A program made the position numbers and the translations under genes. This document shows, piece by piece, positions 30,003-40,547 of a DNA stretch of 64,000 nt. Every line of letters starts with the position of its first letter. Within the stretch, counting starts at the first letter, position 1. The notes under the pieces are model-generated. The model did no database searches, had not been told where the DNA came from, and worked only from the letters and a program-made list of their open reading frames with translations. Origin of the DNA: Pseudomonadota bacterium. Its GTDB lineage: Bacteria > Bdellovibrionota > Bdellovibrionia > Bdellovibrionales > Bdellovibrionaceae. Where the stretch lies: assembly GCA_041178425.1 (NCBI GenBank), contig JBEGVH010000030.1:192001-256000 (forward strand), given 5' to 3'.

Positions 30003-30596
30003 CTAAGGCTTTAATTGTTTAATAACATGATCGATTTGTTTTTCGAGATCGGCCAGCGAGCCGTCATTATTGATGGCAAAGTCGGCTTGCTTTAGCTTTT
30101 CGGCAATCGGCCACTGGGCTTGATTCCTTTGACTAATTTCTTCTGCACTCCAAGCATTTCTCTTTTGAAGACGCTCTTGCTGGACGTCAGGAGAAACCCA
30201 CACAACAACCACTTTATCGAACTGCGACTGCAATCCTTTTTCAAAAAGTAACGGCACTTCATAAAAGGCCATAAACTCACCCTTCTGCTCAAGTTCGGTT
30301 CGCAATTCGCGAACGCGGGCCTGCACATGCGGATGAATAACTCCCTCTAACCAACTTTTTTCGGATGAATTACCAAAGACGACTCGACCTAGGGCCCGTC
30401 GGTCAATATCACCATTTTGCTCGACGATGGTCGGTCCAATTTTTTTTACGATCAGGTCATAGGTTGTAGTGCCCTTTTTTAGGCTCTCGTGAGCGATAGC
30501 ATCAGCATCAATAACATGATAACCAGCCTTTCGTAGCGCATTAGCTACCGTGCTTTTGCCAGCTCCAATACTGCCTGTAAGTCCAATCCACTTCAT
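30003..30596 (-). CDS. coaE: Dephospho-CoA kinase
   Basis: IGLTGSIGAGKST, IDAD, EVPLLFE. Confidence 0.96.
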   Translation of the reverse strand: MKWIGLTGSIGAGKSTVANALRKAGYHVIDADAIAHESLKKGTTTYDLIVKKIGPTIVEQNGDIDRRALGRVVFGNSSEKSWLEGVIHPHVQARVRELRTELEQKGEFMAFYEVPLLFEKGLQSQFDKVVVVWVSPDVQQERLQKRNAWSAEEISQRNQAQWPIAEKLKQADFAINNDGSLADLEKQIDHVIKQLKP

Positions 30597-30665
30597 AAAA
30601 CTAATTTAAGACCTCAAAATCTCTCATGATCCTACCGATAGGAACCACAAGAAGAAAGGACTTGC

Positions 30666-32798
30666 GTGTCAGAAAACTTGGAACGCCTTGGAAATTATAT
30701 TCTCTTAGAGAAGATAAACGCCGGTGGTATGGCAGAGGTTTATCTTTCTAAATCCGTGGGCGCCAATGGTGTTAACAAGTTCCTTGCTATCAAAAGAATT
30801 CTTCCGCAGTTTGCTGACAATCGTGATTTTATTGAGATGTTCAAAGAAGAAGCGAAGATTGCGGTTAATCTTGCCCATAACAATGTCGTTTCGATTATTG
30901 ATTTTAAGGCCGCAAAGAATCAGCTCTATCTCGTTATGGAGTATGTTCAGGGTCAGAACCTTCGCCAAATTCTCCAACAAAAAAAGAAAAAGGGGCTGTC
31001 TCTCTCGCTTGATTTTATCGTGTATGTGATAAGAGAAGTTGCGGCTGGCCTCGAGCATGCCCATCGTTGCGTTGATAAGGCCACTGGCAAACCTCTGAAT
31101 ATAATTCATCGAGACATGAGCCCCCAGAACATTATGATTAGTTACGATGGTGAGGTCAAAATTGTCGACTTTGGAATTGCCAAAGCCGAGGCCACTGGCG
31201 AATCCACTCGCGTAGGAACACTCAAGGGTAAATTTAGCTATATGAGCCCTGAGCAAGCCGAGGGCCTTGTGATCGACAAGGGAAGCGATATTTTCTCACT
31301 TGGAATTATTCTTTGGGAACTCATTGCTGATGATCGACTCTTCGCTGCTAACAATGAAATGAATATTCTAAAGAGAATTAAGGAGTGTGATATTCCTGAT
31401 CTCCGAAGGGTTAATTCAACGGTTCCTGTGGAACTTGAGCGAATCGTTAAAAAAGCTCTTATGAAGGATAAGACGCAACGCTATCAATCGACGGCTGACT
31501 TACAAAAAGATCTTTCTCGCTTTCTCAACAGAGAGTATCCCGACTTCACACCCAATGATTTTTCTCACTTTATGAAGTTTCTGTTTGAAAACGAGTACGC
31601 CTTAGCTCAAGAACGCCTCGTTAACTATTCCAAACTAGATTTGGGGTCGGCGGGCGCACAAAATGAAAACACCCAATACACCAAGGTGATGGCCCAAGAA
31701 AAAGCGCCGCCGATTATGCCAGCGCCCAAGAGCCTTCAAAAGTCTGCCGAAGAAGAGGACAATCCGGTGGCAGAGCAGCTCAGTCGTTCATTTCTAGGCG
31801 ATGGCAAAGAGGCCGGACCAGTATTTCCACCGGGATCTAACGATTTTGTTGGTACTACTCCGGATATCGGGAGTGCGGTGACTCAAGACTCTTTTCAGGC
31901 ACCTAGAAAAGGAACCCTGACCGACCTACCACAAAAAGTATCACTCAAAGAAGGCACCGCCAGTAAACTTCCACGGCGCGCCTCTGTGGTGCTTGATGCG
32001 AATCAAGGGCTCAAACCGGGTCTCGCTACGCGATCGGGGGTCACCACCACGGGCATTCGCTATAAAACTCCAAACCGAGCGCCTACATCAGAACTGGCAA
32101 AAGCGCTGGGTTCGATGATTCTTCTGCTTATCACGGCCTCAGCGATTTACTTTCTGCTTCCGAAATCGACAAAAAATAAAATTTATTCTTTCATAAGGGG
32201 CAGTGCCAAATCATCATTGGCAGGTCAAGTGGCACAACCAAGTCCAACGCCTTCGGCAGCAACCAACGCCCGGGCTCAAACGCCAGAGGCGCCTCAAGAA
32301 AACACCGCTAACTTGTCTTCAACGCTCTCTTATCGGCTCATCATCAACAGCACACCCGGTAGGGCTCGCATCTATGTAGATGATACCTTCAAAGGGCTGA
32401 TGACTCCGGCCCAAATTGAGGTGCCCGCGAAAAAATCTTTCACCCTCACTTTACTAGCGAATGGATACTTGCAACACAGCGCAAGAGTGACGCCCGAATC
32501 GGATGGTCAACAAATCAATGTTGATCTCATCCCTATCGAAATCGGCTACATCAACATCAACGTATTGAATGCCGGATTATCAACAAAGGTCTTTGTTGAT
32601 AATCTTGAAGTTGGCAATGGCGAAAGTATTAAGAAATTTCCAATTCAAGCAGGCAAACCAACGCGAATTAAGGCCATCGATCAATACTCCGGCCAAATCG
32701 CCGAGCAAATGGTTCTCATCCAAAAAGACGAAAAGAAAATCATTGACCTGATCCTTGCTAAACCGGCAAGAAATCGTCAGGAGAAAAATAGAAAATGA
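30666..32798 (+). CDS. Membrane Hanks-type Ser/Thr kinase with an extracytoplasmic PEGA-like domain
   Basis: GGMAEVY, AIK, HRDMSPQN, DFGIAK, YMSPEQ; TM helix; INSTPGRARIYVD. Confidence 0.93.
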   Translation: MSENLERLGNYILLEKINAGGMAEVYLSKSVGANGVNKFLAIKRILPQFADNRDFIEMFKEEAKIAVNLAHNNVVSIIDFKAAKNQLYLVMEYVQGQNLRQILQQKKKKGLSLSLDFIVYVIREVAAGLEHAHRCVDKATGKPLNIIHRDMSPQNIMISYDGEVKIVDFGIAKAEATGESTRVGTLKGKFSYMSPEQAEGLVIDKGSDIFSLGIILWELIADDRLFAANNEMNILKRIKECDIPDLRRVNSTVPVELERIVKKALMKDKTQRYQSTADLQKDLSRFLNREYPDFTPNDFSHFMKFLFENEYALAQERLVNYSKLDLGSAGAQNENTQYTKVMAQEKAPPIMPAPKSLQKSAEEEDNPVAEQLSRSFLGDGKEAGPVFPPGSNDFVGTTPDIGSAVTQDSFQAPRKGTLTDLPQKVSLKEGTASKLPRRASVVLDANQGLKPGLATRSGVTTTGIRYKTPNRAPTSELAKALGSMILLLITASAIYFLLPKSTKNKIYSFIRGSAKSSLAGQVAQPSPTPSAATNARAQTPEAPQENTANLSSTLSYRLIINSTPGRARIYVDDTFKGLMTPAQIEVPAKKSFTLTLLANGYLQHSARVTPESDGQQINVDLIPIEIGYININVLNAGLSTKVFVDNLEVGNGESIKKFPIQAGKPTRIKAIDQYSGQIAEQMVLIQKDEKKIIDLILAKPARNRQEKNRK

Positions 32799-34594
32799 CT
32801 CATCTTTACTCTGAGGCAAAACTTTTTGGACACTACATCTTAGATCTAGCCAGCCGCTCTAACCAACGGTGCCTCGCCGTCATCGATAGAGAAGGAGGAA
32901 TAAAGTACTTCTCTTCGCGCGAATATCACGAGCAAATCAAAAAAGTAGCCACCTCTCTTCATTCACGGGGAATCAAGCGCGGTGATAAAATTGCAATTTT
33001 CTCGAACACCAGACACGAATGGTCCGTTTGCGATTTGGCGGCGATGAGTATTGGAGCCGTGGTTGTTCCGCTTTACCCTAATCTCACGACCGATGATCTT
33101 TCTTATATTGTTAATCATAGCGAGAGCAAAATAATTTTTGTTGAGAATCGCACCTCTCTACGTCAACTCATGGTGGTTCGAGATAAGTGCCCTCAGCTTG
33201 AACTCGTTGTAGTGTTTGATCCTCCAACCCAAATTGAAGAGGGCCTTTGGCTTAGCTTTAGTGAGTTTATCACCGATCGAAGCGGTCGCCCCCAACAGCC
33301 TTTTAGCTTCGAAAAAACTTGCATCGCCAGTCGCCCTACAGATCCTGTAACAATTATCTATACGTCAGGTACGACTGGGCAGCCAAAGGGGGTTGTTCTC
33401 AGTCATGGGCAGGTCATCGAAGAAACGATCGAGGCCTTTGCCGCCCTACAAATTACTAATGAAGACCGAACACTGAGCTTCCTTCCATACTCTCACGTTT
33501 TAGGACGCACCGAACACTGGGGCCACCTCGTTATTGGTTACTCTATGGCTTATTCGGCCGGCAATGAAAGACTGCAAGAGGAACTTCAACTCATAAAGCC
33601 CACTGTAATCGTTGGTGTTCCCCGCATTTTCGAAAAGATTTATACTCAGTTAAAGGCAAAAATCGAAACAAGCACTATTGATCGCCGCATTTTTGAGTGG
33701 GCCTATGAGATCGGCAAAGAAGTCAGCGAGCACCAACAGTCTCACCTCGATCTAGATCTTAAAGTTCAGGCCGAGTATTCATTAGCCAACTCAATGATTT
33801 TTGAAAGACTCAGACAGCAGCTTTTTGGTGGGCAACTCCGTTTTGCAATTAGCGGTGGCGCCCCACTAAGCAAAGAAATTCTCGAGTTTTTTCATGCTTG
33901 CGGAGTTCTTATACTCGAAGGTTATGGTCTCACCGAAACAACAGGTGCAATCTGTGTGAACCGTACTTATGATTTCGAATTCGGTTCGGTTGGCAAACCC
34001 CTCAATAAATCTACAATAAAAATTGCAAAAGACGGCGAGATTCTCGTGCGCGGCCCAACTATCATGTCTGAGTACTACCACGATAAAAATTCTACAAGTA
34101 AGGTGCTCTCAGACGGATGGCTCCACACGGGCGATATAGGTGAAATTTCTCGAGCTGGTAATTTAATTATCAAAGATCGCAAGAAAGACCTAATCAAAAC
34201 AGCTAATGGTAAATATGTGGCACCTCAAAAGCTAGAGCAGTTGTTTAAACAACTTCCATTTGTCTCTCATGCCCATATCCATGGCGATCAAAGAAAATAC
34301 ATCGTCGCGGTTTTAACGCTCAATAAGAACTATCTTTTCTCAGACGCACGAGAAAAAGGTATTTCTTTTAAGTCGCTCGAAGATCTCAAAGATAACCCTG
34401 CGATTAAAAATATGATTCGCGCCGGTGTGGCACAAGTAAACAGCAGCCTGGCTCCTCATGAAGCCATCAAAGACTACGCCGTGCTGTCTGAAGATTTTAG
34501 TATTGAAAGCGGAGAAGTGACTCCGTCATTGAAAGTAAAGCGCAAGGTCGTCGACCATCGCTACAAATCCCTGATAGATTCACTCTACGAATAA
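32795..34594 (+). CDS. Long-chain fatty acid--CoA ligase (FadD15-like)
   Basis: YTSGTTGQPKG, EGYGLTET, GWLHTGDIG, DRKKDLIK. Confidence 0.92.
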   Translation: MTHLYSEAKLFGHYILDLASRSNQRCLAVIDREGGIKYFSSREYHEQIKKVATSLHSRGIKRGDKIAIFSNTRHEWSVCDLAAMSIGAVVVPLYPNLTTDDLSYIVNHSESKIIFVENRTSLRQLMVVRDKCPQLELVVVFDPPTQIEEGLWLSFSEFITDRSGRPQQPFSFEKTCIASRPTDPVTIIYTSGTTGQPKGVVLSHGQVIEETIEAFAALQITNEDRTLSFLPYSHVLGRTEHWGHLVIGYSMAYSAGNERLQEELQLIKPTVIVGVPRIFEKIYTQLKAKIETSTIDRRIFEWAYEIGKEVSEHQQSHLDLDLKVQAEYSLANSMIFERLRQQLFGGQLRFAISGGAPLSKEILEFFHACGVLILEGYGLTETTGAICVNRTYDFEFGSVGKPLNKSTIKIAKDGEILVRGPTIMSEYYHDKNSTSKVLSDGWLHTGDIGEISRAGNLIIKDRKKDLIKTANGKYVAPQKLEQLFKQLPFVSHAHIHGDQRKYIVAVLTLNKNYLFSDAREKGISFKSLEDLKDNPAIKNMIRAGVAQVNSSLAPHEAIKDYAVLSEDFSIESGEVTPSLKVKRKVVDHRYKSLIDSLYE

Positions 34595-34614
34595 AACAAG
34601 CTTTGTGGGCGAGG

Positions 34615-35388
34615 CTATTTCCCGATGTAAAACCGAAATAACAAAGACAATGTCGTGCCACCAAAGTCACTGGTTTTGGGGGTTCCGTCATCATTGAGAA
34701 CAGCATCTCCCGAGAGGTGGCTTCCTGAAAAATTAGTCACGTCATATTTGTATTTATAATTACTTGCCTGAAGAGTTCGTCGGCCAAGAGAGAGCGCAAG
34801 CGTCGTTGTGTCATTCATGAGAGTTTCTAAACCTACTAAGGCTTCATACAGATTCGCGGTTCCTGTGGCCTCATCACTGAAGTCGGATAAAGCTGGAAAG
34901 GCCGTTTGCCCAGCCACGAAACTATATGAATTTTTGTAAGTTATCGTGGCGGTGCCAGCGCCAAAGGCTACGAATAAGCGCCACGAATCTCCAGTTCTCA
35001 AGTTAAGTTCTAAAACTGCTTTAGGAATCACAGCCGATATATTACTTTCGAAATCGTAGATTTTAGTACCCGAAGAATCTGTACCCGCGCCCCCCAGAAG
35101 TGCCCCCGGCTTGATGAGCTCCGCTCCCAACCTTAAGCTCACTTCCTTACCAGAAAACAGGAATCCAAACTCCCCACCAAGATTTGTAAGGACCGATTTA
35201 TCAATGGTCATGTCGGCGCCGCTAGTATCAATAAAATGTGTTTGATTGAGGGCTGACTGCCCTTGAGTTCCACCAAAGTAAGCGGCAAAGCTTTCTTTTC
35301 TGATATCAAAGACTCTGGCCCAGGTCACGGAGCTGGTGAGGGACGCGATGGCCGCTACAAGTAAACTTCGTTTGAACCCTGATTGCAT
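34615..35388 (-). CDS. Hypothetical outer-membrane beta-barrel protein
   Basis: Signal peptide ending TWA; amphipathic strands; C-terminal LLFRFY. Confidence 0.55.
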   Translation of the reverse strand: MQSGFKRSLLVAAIASLTSSVTWARVFDIRKESFAAYFGGTQGQSALNQTHFIDTSGADMTIDKSVLTNLGGEFGFLFSGKEVSLRLGAELIKPGALLGGAGTDSSGTKIYDFESNISAVIPKAVLELNLRTGDSWRLFVAFGAGTATITYKNSYSFVAGQTAFPALSDFSDEATGTANLYEALVGLETLMNDTTTLALSLGRRTLQASNYKYKYDVTNFSGSHLSGDAVLNDDGTPKTSDFGGTTLSLLFRFYIGK

Positions 35389-35406
35389 TGAAAGCCCAAG
35401 AAGTTA

Positions 35407-35931
35407 CTAGTTTTTAGCAAAGTCGATAACCAACTTCGGTGACGTTGATTGTGTCGACAAAGTGAATACACGCATTTTTACAGACGACTTAAATTGAATA
35501 GAAACATTCGTTGAATGATCGTCGCTATCCGAGTTGATCGACGCATTTTTCACGAGTTTTGAGTTCTTAAAAATTTTCTTGAGGTCCTTTGATGTCACCT
35601 GACTCTTTAATAGCTGCGATAGGTCTAAGCTTAACTTCGAAGGTTTTTTGAAGAGTTGCGCATGAAAATAACCTGGCTGGCCAATGAAAGCACGCCCCTC
35701 TCTATCTCCGATTTCAAAAATGAGTCGCTCAGAGTTGCCATCGGCCGAATAAACTCTTTTGACTCGAAGGAGCGAAAAACCAACACCGGCGCCACCACCT
35801 CTAAAAGAACCTTCGGTTAAAAATCCATCCGCGGCTAAGGCCGTTGTGGGAGTGACCATATTGGCCTGAGCAAAGCTAACACTGAATTGAAGAAATATAA
35901 GCAGAATGATGGAGCCAAATCGAGCAGCCAT
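35407..35931 (-). CDS. Secreted AMIN-like domain protein
   Basis: ERLIFE...PSKLSLDL...PKLVIDF. Confidence 0.55.
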   Translation of the reverse strand: MAARFGSIILLIFLQFSVSFAQANMVTPTTALAADGFLTEGSFRGGGAGVGFSLLRVKRVYSADGNSERLIFEIGDREGRAFIGQPGYFHAQLFKKPSKLSLDLSQLLKSQVTSKDLKKIFKNSKLVKNASINSDSDDHSTNVSIQFKSSVKMRVFTLSTQSTSPKLVIDFAKN

Positions 35932-36051
35932 GATGAAAACCCCCCTCTTCCTTGGTAAAGCAGATTCTAGTTTACCAACAAAGGATGGAGTCTCAATATG
36001 GAGCAGGAAAACTAGACCTCAACAAACCGTAAAAAAGGCCCTTCTTTGGTT

Positions 36052-36612
36052 TTAGGCCTCTATAAATGAGGTCAGAGCGTGATTCAGTTCGTCAATTGAA
36101 TGGCAGACCTTCAGATAGTCTAGGTGTTCACGAGAAATAAAACCATCGTCTTTAGCTCTATCGAGAAATTGCAAGAAGTGATCAAAGTACCCACTCGTAT
36201 TTAAAAGATAAATAGGCATTCGATGAAATCCTAATTGTCTCCAGGTAATAATCTCATTGAGCTCATCCATGGTTCCAAAACCACCCGGCAGGGCAATCAC
36301 TAGGTCAGATAATTGTTCCATTAAAGCTTTGCGCTCATGCATTGAGTCCACAACTCTCAAATCGGTAATGCGGGGATGGGCCATTTCGCGATCCTGAAGA
36401 GCCTTGGGAATTACACCAATGACCTCTCCACCCGTTTGCAGACAAGAATCGGCAAGAAAACCCATTAACCCGACATGTCCACCTCCGTAGACGAGTCGAC
36501 AATTTCGCTGAGCCAGAAGGGAGCCAACCTCTTTGGCAGCTTCTATGTACTCCGACTTGTTACCACTTTGCGCACCACAAAAAACACAGACCGTTTTAAT
36601 CATTCGCCCCAT
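36052..36612 (-). CDS. LOG-family (TIGR00730) nucleotide phosphoribohydrolase
   Basis: VCVFCG, LVYGGGHVGLMG, MHERK, LPGGFGTMDE. Confidence 0.93.
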   Translation of the reverse strand: MGRMIKTVCVFCGAQSGNKSEYIEAAKEVGSLLAQRNCRLVYGGGHVGLMGFLADSCLQTGGEVIGVIPKALQDREMAHPRITDLRVVDSMHERKALMEQLSDLVIALPGGFGTMDELNEIITWRQLGFHRMPIYLLNTSGYFDHFLQFLDRAKDDGFISREHLDYLKVCHSIDELNHALTSFIEA

Positions 36613-36869
36613 AAGTCCATCCTCATTATTAAAAGGGATACTAATGAAGCCCCTTGCCCGAGTAAACCAAGAACAATGAGGGGGATCTAAACTGACTATT
36701 TTTGCTCAAACTAACAGGTAAATTGAACAAAAATAGTCCCTTTTTTGTGACTCTCCTCCACCCCTAATGCGCAGTTGGCATCGACCTGCAATTAAAACGA
36801 AATTGGCATAAACCGCCTTTGGCACGAAATGTGGATAATTGTAATTTGAGACCTTAAGGAGGTTTTCCT

Positions 36870-37472
36870 ATGATTCGCAACACTCTACAAAAATTAGTTA
36901 TCACCCTCGTGGTTGCGGTTCTCTTTGGTGCTTGTAGCAATAACCGAGGGCGCGGCACCAACACTGGGGCCAACATTGGCGTCTTACCAACTAATACTTG
37001 TTTATTGAGTCCTAACGGCCACCAGGGCTTATGCAACTATAATTATGGCGGTTATCAGGGTTTCGCCAATTACGATTATACTCTCTATATGAATGGTCTA
37101 AATAATAATTACGCCAATGGCTTCTGTGGTTGCGGGCAGGGTGGTTACCCTGTTTACAACAACAATTGGGGTCTGGGATGCGTGAATGGCTCCTATATCC
37201 AAAATGGTTATGGTAACTATGGAAACCGTTTTCTTATGTTCTCTTGGAACTCTTCAGCGCTCCAATGGGCAAGTTCGGCAACTAGTTACTACAACAACTA
37301 CGGAGGATACAACTCTTGCCCGAGAACAATCATATTAACCTGTGACACTGGCGTACAAGGGTCTTGTGGCCCCAATGGAGTTTGTATGTCGATGAATCCC
37401 TATGGCGGTTCGGGCTACAGTCAAAGCGGACCTGGAATCTGTATCATGAACCAGAACGCATACACTTACTAG
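36870..37472 (+). CDS. Cys/Gly/Asn/Tyr-rich lipoprotein
   Basis: AAGGAGG RBS; lipobox LFGAC; 10 further Cys. Confidence 0.75.
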   Translation: MIRNTLQKLVITLVVAVLFGACSNNRGRGTNTGANIGVLPTNTCLLSPNGHQGLCNYNYGGYQGFANYDYTLYMNGLNNNYANGFCGCGQGGYPVYNNNWGLGCVNGSYIQNGYGNYGNRFLMFSWNSSALQWASSATSYYNNYGGYNSCPRTIILTCDTGVQGSCGPNGVCMSMNPYGGSGYSQSGPGICIMNQNAYTY

Positions 37473-37497
37473 ATCAATAAAAAAATAAAATCCCCCT

Positions 37498-37547
37498 AAA
37501 CCTGCAAGATCTTCCCCCCCCCCGATCTTGCAGGTTTTTCTTTTTTT
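37498..37547 (+). terminator. Rho-independent terminator
   Basis: aaacctgcaagatc / gatcttgcaggttt stem with a C10-containing loop, followed by a T-run. Confidence 0.85.
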
Positions 37548-37620
37548 AGCATCCTATTCAGGCTATAGTTTAAAATCGAAATTCGATCCATGAGTCATTT
37601 ATTCCAAGGAGGATGAATCA

Positions 37621-39660
37621 ATGAGTTCAAGCAATCCATTATTTGTTGAAAGTCATTTACGCGACGAGGCCGTTTGTTTTTCTAAAATCAAAGTTCAACA
37701 CTTTCTGCCCGCTATCGATCAAGCAATTGCCCTGGCTAAAAACAATTTAGAAGCCATTCGTAATAAAAAAGAAGATCCCACATTTGAAAATACCATCGAA
37801 GCACTCGAGACTTCGAGCGAAGACTTAGAAAGAGTTTCGGGGATTTTCTACTACCTTTACAGTGCCGAAGGCCCCGATGATCTTCAGGCTCTTGCTCAAG
37901 AAATTGCACCAAAGCTAGCGGCCTTCTCCAGCGATGTAACCCTTGATCCACAACTGTTTAAACGCATCCATTGGCTGCACGAACGAAAGGCCACACTGGG
38001 TTTATCTCAAGAGCAGGGCCGATTGCTCGATAAAGCTCACAAAGACTTCGTTCGCAATGGTGCACTTCTAAACGAAGAGCAAAAAGAGAAGTTACGCCAA
38101 ATCGATCAAGAAATTTCAACTCTGGGCCCTAAATATTCAGAGAATACACTCAAGGCCACAAACAAATTTGAACTCTTACTCAAAGATAAAAAAGATCTTT
38201 CGGGATTACCCGAAAGTGCTATTGAAGCGGCCCATGCGGCGGCCGAACAAAAAGGCCATTCGCACGCCTGGCTTTTCAATTTGCAACATCCAAGCTATGT
38301 TCCCTTTCTTCAATACTCAGATCGCCGAGATCTTCGAGAAAAAATGTGGCGCGCTTTCAACTCAAAGTGTTTCAACGACGAATTCGACAACCAAGAGATT
38401 GTGAAAAGGCTAGTAACTTTAAGAGATCAGCGCGCAAAGCTTCTTGGTTATAAGAATCATGCCGGTTTTGTACTCGAAGAACGAATGGCACAAACACCTG
38501 AAGCCGTCATGAGCTTTCTAGACTCACTCCATGGCCCCTATCTCGAGGCCGCCAAAAAAGATTTACAAGAGGTTCAGGCATTTACTAAAAGTCTCGGTCA
38601 TGACGAGCCTTTGCAATCATGGGACTATGGTTACTATTCTGAAAAACTAAAACAACAGAAATACCAATTCAGTAGCGAAGAACTGCGCCCCTATTTTTCG
38701 CTCGAAAAATGTATTGATGGAATGTTCGAACACGCTCGCCGCCTCTATGGATTGCGATTTGAAGTGGCCAGCAATGTCGACATCTATCATCGTGATGTGA
38801 AAGTTTATGAAGTTCGAGATGTCGACACCAATGAGTATATTGCCTTGTTTTATGCTGACTGTTTTCCGCGAGAAACTAAAAAAAGTGGGGCATGGGCTAC
38901 AACCCTCAGAGATCAGGGTCTTTATAAAGGAAGCGTTCGGCGCCCCCATGTAGCCATTGTCTGTAATTTTACAAAACCCACTCCCACCAAGCCCTCTTTG
39001 CTCACCTACGATGAGGTAAGTACTCTTTTTCATGAATTTGGCCATGCCCTACACATGATGCTATCTCAGTGTCGATACCGCTCCCTCAGTGGCGCCAATG
39101 TGTATTGGGACTTTGTAGAACTCCCTTCGCAAATTATGGAGAATTGGATCGAACACCAAGAGAGCCTCGATATCTTTGCTCACCACTATGAAAACGGTCA
39201 GCCTTTGCCTCATGACTTGGTCAAAAAAATTCATGCGGCCAACCTCTTTCAAAAAGGATACTCCTCATTGCGCCAACTCAGCTTTGGTTATCTCGATATG
39301 GCCTGGCACAACACCGATCCATCGCAAATTGGAAACTTTGTTGATTTCGAACATCAGGCCACCGAAAAAACACGCACCCTTCCCTTTATTGAAGGAACGA
39401 GTGTAAGCACTCACTTTTCACACATATTTGCTGGAGGCTATTCGGCTGGTTACTATAGTTACAAATGGGCAGAGGTACTAGATGCGGATGCCTTTGAATA
39501 TTTTAAAGAGGAAGGTCTTTTCAATAAAAAGATTGGCGACAAATTTAAGGAATGTATTCTCAGCAGAGGCGCCACGGAGCATCCCATGGAACTTTATAAA
39601 AAATTTCGTGGTCGCGAACCAGATACAAAAGCTCTTTTACGAAGAGAAGGACTGGCTTGA
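37621..39660 (+). CDS. M3 family metallopeptidase (Dcp/oligopeptidase A-like)
   Basis: FHEFGHALH, WDFVELPSQ, HIFAGGYSAGYYSYKW. Confidence 0.95.
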   Translation: MSSSNPLFVESHLRDEAVCFSKIKVQHFLPAIDQAIALAKNNLEAIRNKKEDPTFENTIEALETSSEDLERVSGIFYYLYSAEGPDDLQALAQEIAPKLAAFSSDVTLDPQLFKRIHWLHERKATLGLSQEQGRLLDKAHKDFVRNGALLNEEQKEKLRQIDQEISTLGPKYSENTLKATNKFELLLKDKKDLSGLPESAIEAAHAAAEQKGHSHAWLFNLQHPSYVPFLQYSDRRDLREKMWRAFNSKCFNDEFDNQEIVKRLVTLRDQRAKLLGYKNHAGFVLEERMAQTPEAVMSFLDSLHGPYLEAAKKDLQEVQAFTKSLGHDEPLQSWDYGYYSEKLKQQKYQFSSEELRPYFSLEKCIDGMFEHARRLYGLRFEVASNVDIYHRDVKVYEVRDVDTNEYIALFYADCFPRETKKSGAWATTLRDQGLYKGSVRRPHVAIVCNFTKPTPTKPSLLTYDEVSTLFHEFGHALHMMLSQCRYRSLSGANVYWDFVELPSQIMENWIEHQESLDIFAHHYENGQPLPHDLVKKIHAANLFQKGYSSLRQLSFGYLDMAWHNTDPSQIGNFVDFEHQATEKTRTLPFIEGTSVSTHFSHIFAGGYSAGYYSYKWAEVLDADAFEYFKEEGLFNKKIGDKFKECILSRGATEHPMELYKKFRGREPDTKALLRREGLA

Positions 39661-40544
39661 TGAAAAAACTAAACGTGAGCGAAAAAGCAAAAATTGCGTT
39701 GGTATATAGACCCAATACGAGCTCTGCACTGAGTGCTGCGAAAGATCTTGTTCAGTGGCTTAAGAAAAATAAATTTCAGCCTCTGACGGCACCCGACCAA
39801 AAAGTATTACCAGGTGCGCCCCTCATGAAATCAGAGAAAGACTTCAATGAAGTCGAGCTCGTGATCATTCTAGGAGGCGATGGAACTTACCTTAGAGCGA
39901 TCCGTCTCCTGGATGGTCGTCCCATCCCCATTTTAGGTGTAAACCTTGGATCTCTGGGTTTTCTTACTCCCCTGCGCCTCGACAATCTCTTTGAAATTCT
40001 TCCTAAAACTTTAAATGGAAAATACGGCGACTTGGTCCCCCGCACGCAAATGCTCGTAGAGTTGCACACGACAGGTAAAAAAACTAAGCGTTCCTGGTTG
40101 GCACTGAATGATGTGGTCATTGAACGAGGCCCTTCCAGTCACCTGATTGACCTTTGCCTAAAAATGGATAACTCCGCAGTTAGTAACGTGAAGGCCGATG
40201 GTCTGATCATGGCCACTCCAACGGGTAGCACTGCCTATAATTTAGCCGCTGGCGGCCCAATTGTGCACCCCGAGGCTCCTTGTTTTGTGGCGACTCCGGT
40301 CGCCCCCCATAGTTTAACCAGCCGGCCTTTGATCTTTCCGGACACCAAAGTGCTCCAGATTCAATTACAGGGGCAATGTGAAATTGCACATCTCGTAATC
40401 GATGGACAAATGTGTGCAAAACTAACACAAGGACAATTCTTGAGGGTCTCAAAAAATCAGCAACCACATTGGTTGGTCCAACCCTCAGAACACAACTTTT
40501 ATGAGCTTCTCCGCGAGAAACTCAGCTTTGGAGAGAGGGCTTAA
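39660..40544 (+). CDS. nadK: NAD kinase
   Basis: GGDGT, GSLGFL, LND, ADG...TPTGSTAY. Confidence 0.94.
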   Translation: MKKLNVSEKAKIALVYRPNTSSALSAAKDLVQWLKKNKFQPLTAPDQKVLPGAPLMKSEKDFNEVELVIILGGDGTYLRAIRLLDGRPIPILGVNLGSLGFLTPLRLDNLFEILPKTLNGKYGDLVPRTQMLVELHTTGKKTKRSWLALNDVVIERGPSSHLIDLCLKMDNSAVSNVKADGLIMATPTGSTAYNLAAGGPIVHPEAPCFVATPVAPHSLTSRPLIFPDTKVLQIQLQGQCEIAHLVIDGQMCAKLTQGQFLRVSKNQQPHWLVQPSEHNFYELLREKLSFGERA

Positions 40545-40547
40545 TTT

